From the NCBI GenBank assembly GCA_030248215.1, contig JASANG010001881.1, positions 558,001 to 602,303 of the forward strand: 44,303 nt of DNA, given 5' to 3'. Each line of letters starts with the position of its first letter. Positions within the stretch are counted from its first letter, which is position 1. A program made the position numbers and the translations under genes. Of the stretch, positions 1 to 11,500 are shown in pieces. The notes under the pieces were generated by a model. The model saw only the letters and a program-made list of their open reading frames with translations, did no database searches and had not been told where the DNA came from. The stretch comes from Enoplolaimus lenunculus (taxonomy: Eukaryota).

Positions 1-32
1 TTTGCTTCTTACTGTTTAGTTAAAAACTATTT

Positions 33-230
33 GGCCTATGTAAAGATCAGGGACGGAAGATATTTCTGTCTGACTGCAATAAAGTAAGCTTAAGCTGTAA
101 ATCGTTTTTTTGCTTGGCCTAGGCTTAGTTTAGGCTTAACAATATGCTCATTATTACGCTTAGACTTAGGCTTACTTAGGCTAAGGAATATGCTTATAAT
201 ACTGTTCCGTCCCTGTTTTTTACATTGGTC
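33..230 (+). mobile_element. TTAGGC-carrying MITE, subfamily A
   Basis: TIR GGCCTATGTAAAGATCAGGGACGGAA ... TTCCGTCCCTGTTTTTTACATTGGTC. Flanking direct repeat (A)AACTATTT (8-9 bp). Internal degenerate TTAGGC blocks. Confidence 0.85.
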
Positions 231-962
231 AAACTATTTTGGCTAAATCTGCAAATATAATTGAACATAAACCAACTATATATACGGGCGTCTATAATTT
301 CCTCAAAATCTAAGACTTAGGTTCAACCGAAGACTTAGGTAAATCCTCAGGCTTTAGTGAACCTTTGCCTAAACTTGTTTCAAAGCCAGTGTAGAATAAA
401 GTATACAAGATCCTATACTGTCTTATTGGAGTTCAAATATATGAATTTGAGTATAAATGAAGCTGAAACCAATTGTGTTTATCAAATCTAAACAGATTAC
501 AATATACAGGCCCGACGCCAACAATTGATCTGGGGGTAAAACCATGCACAGCGGAACAATATACTTAATATAGTATTTTTAATTCTGATGACGAAATTTT
601 GACCAATAAAGCGAATTTGTTCTCAGGGGTGGTTCACCCCTTGCCAGTTAATTCTCTGTGAAAACTAATTTAAATGGTAAATCTCAATATACAAAATAGG
701 GTTAAGAGTTTTTATATCTTAACAACATTTTTTCGCATACATTATCATTCGCTTCTCGTTCCAACGACTCGTATTCGATAGTGCATGCTTGAATTGAAAT
801 AATTGCCTGATATAAAAACAATTGCTTGTTTCATGCAGTAATTTCATGTTGCCAGTTAGTGATAGGTCTTGTATCTCTAATCACTAATTTTTCTTGGTTT
901 AAAATTTTCTCATGATCACCGGCCTGGTAGCGATTTTTCGAAGTTATTTTCAAGCTTCTTTC

Positions 963-1151
963 GGCCCATGTTAGTTTAAGGGGCGTCCAGGTGTCTGGTG
1001 ATCTATACTATAAAAGAGTAGGTTTAGATTCTTGATTACATTTTTTTGCTTAGGTTAGGCTTATGAATACATTTTTGCAATGCTTAGGCTGTAGGCTTTG
1101 GCTTAAGAATACGCTTAATCTACTGTTACGCCCTTCAAAGTAGCATTGGCA
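963..1151 (+). mobile_element. TTAGGC-carrying MITE, subfamily B
   Basis: TIR GGCCCATGTTAGTTTAAGGGGCGT ... ACGCCCTTCAAAGTAGCATTGGC. Internal sequence shared with the copies at 4304, 16821 and 40032. No clear TSD. Confidence 0.75.
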
Positions 1152-2559
1152 CTGGTTTTTGTCACTAATCATTTCTCGTTTAAAAACCATGTAAATTACG
1201 CATAAGCGCTACACGCGTTAAAATTTTATTAATTGCTGAAATAGCGTTTTAACCTTGATTTATAAGCCAGCTTAGAACGAATCAGAAAATTCGTCAACTA
1301 AAATACTCCATTAAGCTGCAACCTTTGCTTATGCCAAACCCAATTTAACTGCGAATGAGCCGAAGTGCCACATAGAGATGACCCAATCGAATTGGTGTAC
1401 GATTTTCAACCACCAATATTTTGCCTGCGAATGCACATCCTAGGCTTCGTAGTAAGCCAAATATTGAGTTATTCACAAATCGGGGCCTATACAACGGGAT
1501 AATACGAAACCCACATTATATAAGAACTACACTTTCCTGAACGAAATCCTACGGATTTCGTTGTCCGAATCAACCTCGCTAATATACCAAGTACCTCTTA
1601 GTGTACTTTATGACTAATATTTATACTTTTCTTTTAGGGTTTCAGGATGTTTACACGAACAGGTGCTTAATGAAAAATTGGCGTCGTTTAATTTAACTTA
1701 ATAAATTTGAAATTTAAATTGTAAATCTTTAAAATTCTGCCAGCACCTGGTTCGGGTTCTAAATATAAACGCATTGTTTTATCCTAAAATTGCTGTTAGA
1801 TTTGCACTTAGATTTACTATTTATCTACTGCTTTTATCACGGCTGTTTCTGTGTGTTCGCTGTATTAGTAAAATTAATCTGACTTGCATGCAACATTATT
1901 TATGTTTCGGTTTAAGCAACAACAACAACAAAAGAAACAAAAACAATAAAAATAAATATTACAAAGTAACAAATTGATCCAAACAATTTAGATTTACTTT
2001 AATTTTTATTTAATCTTAATTTCTAATTGATGATACAACTAAGAAAAGAAGTAAATTTAGCAAAACAAAAACTCAAATTAAGATTTAAAATATTTACTCA
2101 ATTATAAGAGTATAATTTTTAGCTGATTTCGGTTTCCATTCGATTCATTTTAATCAACTGTTATTATGCAACCGAACGCGCGATAATTTATCAGTTTTTT
2201 TAATGTTTGCTGGTGTCTTAATTTAAAATTTTCTTAATTCTACTTTATTAATCATTTCGAATATATTTCACACACACATTTATGTTTCCAATCAGCACAA
2301 ACGACAACATCAGCTAATTACGAAATAAACGTTACAACAACTGATGCCTATCGAATATTTTTTAATATCCGGATAACTGGACTTATGTTGCGGCCAGAAT
2401 CAAAGACGAAACTGCCGTATTTCAAGCACTGAAATTTTCATTCGTTTGGTTTTTAGTTAATTTTGAATTTTCAAACATTTCTCGCGTCGAAATTTTGAGT
2501 CGGTCTGAAACTCTGTATTTTTCGCTCGACTTTACGGGTTTTTGGCTTGTAGTGAAATT

Positions 2560-5500
2560 ATGAATTGCTCGAAGCTGAATTGGACTACGGGTATTTATGG
2601 TCTTCTCGTTCAGTTGTTGCTTGTTTTTCTGACGTTACAATACGGTCATTGCTATCATTTGGCTGATGCTCAATCGCTTGCCGAAGCTGCGTTAAGAGTG
2701 TCTTCTCGATATGGTGAGTTCATTTTTGACCATTTTGTTCAACGTTGGAATTGTTATTTTACGTTTTTGCGACAATTTTAATTTTATACGCCAAGGTTAA
2801 TATGCCAAAACTGTTAATCTGTAATATATCAAATTTAATCAGTGCCTAAAGTGATACTTAACTTAATAACGCACGCTTTTAAAAACGACAAAATAGTTAA
2901 GTAGTTGCATTTATCACTTCCTTTAGTTCTCAATTGTGTGTAGCAGCTACAATCAGTGATCAGAGTTTATAGACAATTGAATGTACACCAGTTGTGAATT
3001 TACAACACATCAACGCCTCGTAAAACGGAAAAGATTGCAGCACAAAGTGTGTTTAGAATTAAAATGGTTTAAATTCACTATTTTCAAAGTTTCGAGACGT
3101 CTTAGCGTTGAAATGTACTCGTCCGGATTCCGCCACGCCCCGGCAGGCGGCAAGTATATTTTTATTAAAAATTGCCGTACGTCACCTGATGCCATTGCAT
3201 GCTAACAAATATATTTCGAGTATATTTTTTGTTAGCAACGCATAGCTGCGCATGGCAAAGTCCGGCACAGTAAAGTATAGCGCAACCCTTACCAACAAGG
3301 GCTCATGTATAGAACAGGGCCGGATCGTTTTCTGGAGAGGCTAAAATAGAGTCAGTTTAAGTTTTAGACTATTTTCATTGCTTAAGCATAGGCTTAGGCT
3401 TAGGCTTAGGAATAGGCTCATCCATACGTTTAGGCTTAGGCTTAGGCTTAGGAATAGGCTCATCCATACGTTTAGGCTTAGGCTTAGGCTTAGGAATAGG
3501 CTCATCCATACGTTTAGGCTTAGGCTTAGGCTTAGGAATAGGCTCATCCATACGTTTAGGCTTAGGCTTAGGCTTAGGAATAGGCTCATCCATACGTTTA
3601 GGCTTAGGCTTAGGCTTAGGAATAGGCTCATCCATACGTTTAGGCTTAGGCTTAGGCTTAGGAATAGGCTCATCCATACGTTTAGGCTTAGGCTTAGGCT
3701 TAGGAATCTGTGTATACTACTGTTCCGGCCCTGTTCTATACATGGGCCCCAACAAGCAATAGGTGCTACATACATTAGAGAGTGACAAATGCGTGTTTTT
3801 AGATGATCGTTCAGTTGAGACGGGCAATTTGGTTGAACAAATATTGCTCTCTGGCCCGAGTACAGATGCTGACAGCGTAAGCCATGGTATTTTATCGCGA
3901 CTGCATGACGTTTATGTCAACAAAATTCAGCCGATACAAAATCAGCTAAAATACGCAGATTTAGGACGCGAAATTATAGGAGGTAGTTTTACTTTTTGAA
4001 AGTCTTTGTTTTGCTCGACAGTCGATTTTATGCGATCCTTCCGTTAGGCAATCAAAGCTTTAATCTTCTCCGCTTGTTATACAGTTCACCATCGACTTTA
4101 AACCGAAGAATTAACCCTTATACATGATTATTATGTGTGTCATATAAAATCAACTTTTCAGGATGAGTTCAAAGCACTTTGTCCACCAATGGAAGGCATT
4201 TAGCATCGTCACTCAGCTATAAAAGTTGGTCTGGACTTTCAGATCTGGCTGATATTTTGTACTGCATATGTGTACTAAATTGTTAAACGCTGACAAACAA
4301 ACGGGCCAATGTTACTTTAAGGGGCGTTACAGTAGATTAAGCGTGTTCCTAAGCCTAAGCCTAAGACTAAGCCTAAGCAAAAAAATGTAATCTAGAATCT
4401 AAACCTACTCTTTTATGGACCCAGCAGAAACCTGGACGCCCCTTGGGCCAACAAACGTTTACAGTTCACAATCGACAGATGTGTCCCAAATAGTAAACAA
4501 GTTTCTATTCAGAAGCCAATTCGGTATGGACCAAGCGCAAGACTCAACTCCATTAATTAACCCATGGGTATCCAGAACTATACCAATGCCAAAATTGTAA
4601 CTGTTTTAGAAGCCGATGTATTCTCTAAGCCGATAATTATGTTTGTTGGTCCACGTGGAACTGGTAAATCATCTCTTGTTCAATATTTATTGCAAAATGA
4701 CGAAAATCGGTCTGAAGAGAAAAATTCGGGTGAATCAAAAGGTGAAAACTTTTCAACGATTTTAGTATAAAATATTCTATTTTATTCAAGACATTCTTGT
4801 AAAAACATTACATTTGCATAAACGACTGTTGTGTTAAAATACAATTAAAATAAAGGAAGGTTCTAAAATTCTGCATCAACAATTTTTTCAAAAAGTTATT
4901 CTAAAATTGCAAAAATACCAAAATGATGTATTCTTTTTGGAAAGATTGTTGTCGTAGAATGGAGAGTTTGTTATTTCGAGCAGAGAACGTTGTCATTTCA
5001 TAGTACTGTAGTAACCTGAATACGAGGGGGGACTGATATTTATTTGGCCCCTCCAGAGGGTACCCCCAGTTATTTTATTCGGTTACGGACTGTTATTCAT
5101 TTTTAACCCACGCTCCACCACCCTTCCTTACTGATATATGCGGTACTGCAATTGTCCGTTAAATTAAACGTTTATTTGTCTTTTCGAACTCAACTTTATT
5201 TGGATCTGGAGTCATTTATGCACTACAATTAGGGATAATTGACATTTATGGACTTTAATTTGGGTTTATGCACTCTTCCCGCTTACCCACTTTTCATTAG
5301 AAATACGGACTCCAATTCCTTGAAACTCAAAATGGGGATCTCCCTCTTATTACCCCCTTCTTATTCAGCTCACTACAGTACTGTGTTCAATTGCGAATTT
5401 TTTAAAATAAATAAAGCCTGAACCTAAGTTCGAGTCTATGTCTGTTTTGCCAAATGTGTGTAGCATTTGTAACCATTTGGTGATAGGTCGATTAACTTTC

Positions 5501-8500
5501 CAGCCAGTGCATTAAAAGGTTCCAAATTATGCACATTTTTTGCATTTTATTTACCCAACTTCACTATCAATTTTAACATGCGAAATTGCAGAAATTCGTT
5601 AGTTTGAGAACCTATCACTAAATGGGGATAGGTGCTATGTGAATTTGAGAATACGATCCCTAAGCCTTGTCATAAGCTGTAACATTAAATGCGGTGGGAG
5701 TTCTGTACAAGAGTCTAGCAATGCTACAGTGTATATTTGAATATTTTAGGCTCAACCACAACGAATAAATTCACTATACACTACCACACTGAGCAGCCAA
5801 TTGGGGACAGCAAAGATATTGCAACCGAATTGGAAAACGCTTACAATCTGCCGCTCTCGGATTCGCTTTCAAGTTTCAGCCGCCACAACTTAAACTCTTA
5901 TCTCCAGTTAAATCCAAGCAACTCGGATCCAATCCTTGAACGATTTACGTTTGTCGACGCCCCAGGAGTGGAGCAAAGTTCCACGGGGAGAGCACGGAAC
6001 ACTTTAGCGATGAGTTTATCCCGAAAACTGGCTCAAAAAGCGGATATGATAGTTGTCGTTCTGGATCCGGATAGCCTGCATCAACCAGGAAGTTCTACTG
6101 CCGGAATAGACGAACATTTTCAGTTGAGGCAACTGTTATCAAGTGTTGATCGGTCTCGAACTCGGCTGGCGATTGTTGTTAATAAAGTAAACTACGCCAG
6201 TGAAACCGAATTTGTTAACGCGTATGGCACAGTTTTATGGTTATTAGAAGATGTGGTCACAGGCGCTGGAGGGCCGCCAAAAATTTTCATGGGTTCATTC
6301 CAAAATGCCCAGGGTGCCGACGGGTACGCGAAAAGCAATCGAACATTTTTTCGTGAACAAGAAGCCGCTCTGTTGCACGAAATTAACCAACTTGCCCGTG
6401 GAACTCTGAATCGTAAAGTGAAACTTATTTTAGATCATTCGAAACGAATACGACAGCATTGGCAGATTTTAGAAAATTATCATGACGCTTATACAGAAGC
6501 CAGAGATAAAGTTGCCGAAGAAATCGTTCGCTTTCCACAACGGTTTAAAATTTACGATGTCATAGGATGGGACGGCGTGGACAAAGCAAATGGCAGGGGT
6601 CGTGGCGGCTTGAAGGGCAGACAGAGTGTCGATACGTTACAACTGGAGTACGAACGATTTTTTGGTATGCATCCCATTGGCAGTTTGGGTAAAATTTTGG
6701 AAGATTGCCAAAAAGCGGGGGTTTGTTCAAGTCGAGCATTGAACGAATTGGTGTCACATGTTGATTCTTATGGATTACTCAAATCAATTTCGGGGTCAAA
6801 ACAGCAATTTCTTGTGTCTTCAGAAGAATCTCGAGAAGCTGTTGCGAAAACTGTCAAAGAGCCGCCAGAAAAGCAACCAAGAAAACAAAAATTCGAAAGA
6901 GATAGCGAACAGAGCAAAAAAGGAAAGAAAAGGAAAGAAAAAGAAAAAAGAATTAAAGAAATAAAATCTATTGAAAAGTCACAAACAACGTCATCAGAAC
7001 AAAAACGCAGGTATCGGGAACCGCAAGCGAGTAGGAGCCGAAAAACATCAAAAGAACGAAAACTTGAAAAATCAAAAGAAATCGAAGCAAAGTCACGTAC
7101 AACTAAAGATCAAACGGTGAAAATACCAAAATCTGCTGAAACGAAGCAAGAAAAACAAAGAACAGAAGAACAGAAAGTCAAGCAACAACCACAATCAGAA
7201 GACAAACGAGAGAAAAGATCAAAAGAAGAACTGAAAGAAAAAGCAAAAATAAAACCAACACAAGAAAAACCACAAAAAGAAGAAAGAGATGATGAAAAAT
7301 TGCAAAAATCAGCCAAAAAGCCTATTGACGACGACAAACAAGCAAAACGGCCTACAAAAACAACAAAAAGCCAACCAGAAAAGTTGAAAAAACAACAGTT
7401 AAAACCTCAAAAAGTGTCAAAATCCACAGATGATAGCGGAAAATCGTTGTTCCGTGAAGAATTTATGGCAAAGTTTGACCAAATTCGCGAGAAAATACTG
7501 GAAACAATTACGACGACGCTGGAAAAGTACAATTTGACTGAATCAATGGAAAATGTTTGGAAATCGTTTCACACAGCGACAGAACCGAAAATGTCAGGTC
7601 GTGAACAATTTCGCAAACGACGCGACGACGTCACCGACGAAATGTGGAGCAAATACATGGAATCCCAAACAAAACAACCATCTCCGACGATGGAAAGTTT
7701 ACTGGAATCGGCAAAAACAGTTGCAACTGAAACACTGGATTCGATACAAGCACTTTTTGATCAAACACTAACCAAATCTGACCAGAAAGGTACCAAAAAA
7801 GCGACAAAGTTCGATGCAAAACAACAATATCGAAAGCTAAGGTCTGATTTACCCAAATCATTTGACTATCAGTCCTTCAAACGTCAACAAGCAGAACGTA
7901 AGCCAATCATAGAACGAATTACCGGTCTCTTTGATACTGCATCGTATTGGCCGGAAGAAAAATCACTGGCAAAAGACAAATACCGCCGCCAACAAGGCGA
8001 AAAAGTTAAAAAGAAAGATCACGAAACGAGGCGACCACAAAAAACAATAGAAAAGCAACAAAAACTGCAGAAAGACTCAAGCAAAGATCCACAAGCGGAT
8101 GAATTCAATATGGAAGATTGGGTAGTCGCTGTAATGGACAAATGGCTAAACTTATTTGATAATTCAAGACCAGAACATCGAGAATCTGCTAAGAAAACGT
8201 ACCGCAAACGAAGATCCGATATCTCAGACGAAGCGTGGGAAAAGTTCAAAAGCCCCAAAAAACATACACATGAAGAAATTCCTATGTTTCGTCAGATTCA
8301 AGATTATTTTTCGTCGATGGTCAGTTTTTCGTCTGGCAAACCATCACCTGAACAGTCAGGCAAAAAATATCGCTTTAAACGAGCGGAAATATCTCAAGAA
8401 TTTTTTGACAAATATCAACCAGAAAAAGTCGCTAGCGGTACTGGCATTGATTTCAGCGTAGAAGGCCTACTAGAAAAATTGTCCGAGTTTTTCAGCTTCG

Positions 8501-11500
8501 AACCAAGCAGGCAAGACGAAATTATACAGCATGACAACCGGTGTAAATATCGAAAGTCTTGTCAACAACATGAAACAGATGACACAATAGAAACAACAAG
8601 AAAGCAGCGACAAACAGAGCAACTCAGCAAAGAAAAAGTTACCAAAGATACAAAACAAGATGCGAAAACGGGACCTGAAGCCAAACCAGCATCAAAAGTG
8701 TCAAAAACTGATACAACTAAGGCAAAACAGCCTCAAGTGGACAAGCAAAAAAGAGAAGAATTACGAAAGAAACAGTCGGGAAAACGAAAACATGAAAAAG
8801 CAAGCGAAACAACGGCGGAAAAATTCGACTACAAACAAGCTTTTAATCAGCTTCAAACGTATTTTATGCAAGCATCTGAGCATTTTTCTGAGCTTGGAGA
8901 ATCAATTAAACAGCAAATTAGCGAATTTAGTTTCGCAACGGCAAATGGACACAATCGCGAGCTTGCAAAATTAAAATATAGGCGGAAAAGAGATGACTTA
9001 CCGGAACAATTTTGGTCTGAATGGCCGAAATCAAAGAAATCTCAGACGACAGGTGAAGCTTTCAAGTTCGAGGTTCCGTCATTTCAGTCCGTAGTTCACT
9101 GGTTAAATAAGGTCGGTAAGCAAACTGTCAACTTCAAAGAACGATACCGACACAAACGAGATGATCTTCCGGACGGATTTTGGGAAACTTATGAACGCAC
9201 AAAACAACACGAAGTCAAACTTTCGCTATCGGAACGAATTCTTCAAATGTTTCCAACCATCAGTGGTGCTGGGGAAGAAAAACTGACTGGTAAAGAAAAG
9301 TATCGCAAAACAGATTCAACAAAACCAGCCGACAAAAAGAAATTCATCAAGAAAAGCAAAGATGTGAAAGTGGCAAAAGTTTCCATGGAAGGCGACTCAG
9401 TTACATTTATATGGAATCAAATGACCATGATCCTGCAGAATTTATTTGAAAGCAGTAAAGAAATGAAGCCCCAATCAAGTGTTAAACAACGGTACCGAAA
9501 ACATGTAAAAGACATTTCAGCAGCAACTGAATCAAAGACTAAAACAGACGAGAAGCAAACGAAGCTGAGACCAGCGGATGAAGACAGCCATCAAGATATT
9601 GCTTCACAAATTAGTATATTCTTTAAATCTACTACTCCTGGAAACTTTAATTACTGGATTAATTCTTTTTTAGAATTTACCACTAATCATCGCAAGCAGC
9701 CGAGTTGTTCACCATACCGAAAAACTTGCCAGACTGAAGATCGGCAAGAGTTGAGCGAAAAAAATGGCGAAAAGTCTGTCGCAAAAGTTAACCGCGTAGC
9801 TCCGCAAGAAGATGTGTCGGAATCAAAACAAGACTCAGAAAAACCTACCAACGGAGACTGGTTTAGCACAAAAGATGCTGTTGCATGCGAATCTGAGAGC
9901 TGCGAACAAACGAATTTACAAGATCGTGCAATTATAGAGCCAGCTAAAGAATGCAAACAAAAAACTATTGATGAAAGAGATGCCAAAACAACCGAACCTG
10001 ACACTGTGTCTAAAACACGTAAATTGAAGCATTCAAAAACGAAAGATGTTATCTCTAAGCGCGAAAAAATTAAACGAATACGTAAACACAGAAAAGTTCA
10101 GGATGATAAAGAAGAAGATGTTCGAAAACATTTGAAACAAGCAAGCGAAGTTACCGCCGAATCCCCTAAAGAAGCTGAAGCACCAGCAACAGAAGGCCAA
10201 ATTGCTGAAAAAACAAAAACGTTTGCAAGAAAAACTGATAATAAATCCAAAGAATCAGAATCCAAAAAGGAGCAGATTCAGGAAATACCTGAACCCCCTA
10301 AACGAAAAGAAACAGAACTAGAAAAAGAACATACAGAAAAAAGTTTAGGGAAAAAATCGTCTGGGTTTAAATATCGAACCAAAAGAGACGACCTGCCGAA
10401 AGACTACTGGGAAAATCCTGAGAAATACACAAAACGAAAAGAATCAAAAGTTGAAAAAGAACACGTCAAAAAAGATGCAGTGAAAAGACCATCTGGATAC
10501 AAGTATCGAACCAAAAGAGACGACTTACCCGAAGACTACTGGGAAAATCCTGAGAAGTACACAAAACGAAAAGAATCAAAAGTTGAAAAAGAACACGTCA
10601 AAAAGGATGCAGTGAAAAGACCATCTGGATACAAGTATCGAACCAAAAGAGACGACTTACCCGAAGAATACTGGGAAAATCCTGAGAAGTACACAAAACG
10701 AAAAGAATCAAAAGTTGAAAAAGAACACGTCAAAAGAGATGCAATGAAAAGACCATCTGGATACAAGTATCGAACCAAAAGAGACCACTTACCCGAAGAC
10801 TACTGGGAAAATCCTAGAAGTACACAAAACGAAAAGAATCAAAAGTTGAAAAAGAACACGTCAAAAAAGATGCAGTGAAAAGACCATCTGGATACAAGTA
10901 TCGAACCAAAAGAGACGACTTACCCGAAGACTACTGGGAAAATCCTGAGAAGTACACAAAACGAAAAGAATCAAAAGTTGAAAAAGAACACGTCAAAAGA
11001 GATGCAATGAAAAGACCATCTGGATACAAGTATCGAACCAAAAGAGACGACTTACCCGAAGACTACTGGGAAAATCCTGAGAAGTACACAAAACGAAAAG
11101 AATCAAAAGTTGAAAAAGAACACGTCAAAAAGGATGCAGTGAAAAGACCATCTGGATACAAGTATCGAACCAAAAGAGACGACTTACCCGAAGACTACTG
11201 GGAAAATCCTGAGAAGTACACAAAACGAAAAGAATCAAAAGTTGAAAAAGAACACGTCAAAAAGGATGCAGTGAAAAGACCATCTGGATACAAGTATCGA
11301 ACCAAAAGAGACGACTTACCCGAAGACTACTGGGAAAATCCTGAGAAGTACACAAAACGAAAAGAATCAAAAGTTGAAAAAGAACACGTCAAAAGGGATG
11401 CAATGAAAAGACCATCTGGATACAAGTATCGAACCAAAAGAGACGACTTACCCGAAGACTACTGGGAAAATCCTGAGAAGTACACAAAACGAAAAGAATC

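Noticed and set aside
1260..1600. Higher-complexity stretch that might be a decayed coding sequence
   Set aside because: The minus-strand frames I translated contain stops, the ORF track has no entry here, and no family motif was recognisable.
3388..3705. CRISPR-like repeat-spacer appearance, or a true telomere
   Set aside because: The spacers are identical, the context is eukaryotic with no cas genes, and the array is internal and bounded by TIRs and a TSD.
3341..3785. Three periodic ORFs (MDEPIPKPKPKPKR, LSLSLSLNVWM and RLRLRLRNRLIHTF repeats)
   Set aside because: They are translations of the 42-bp minisatellite inside an intronic MITE.
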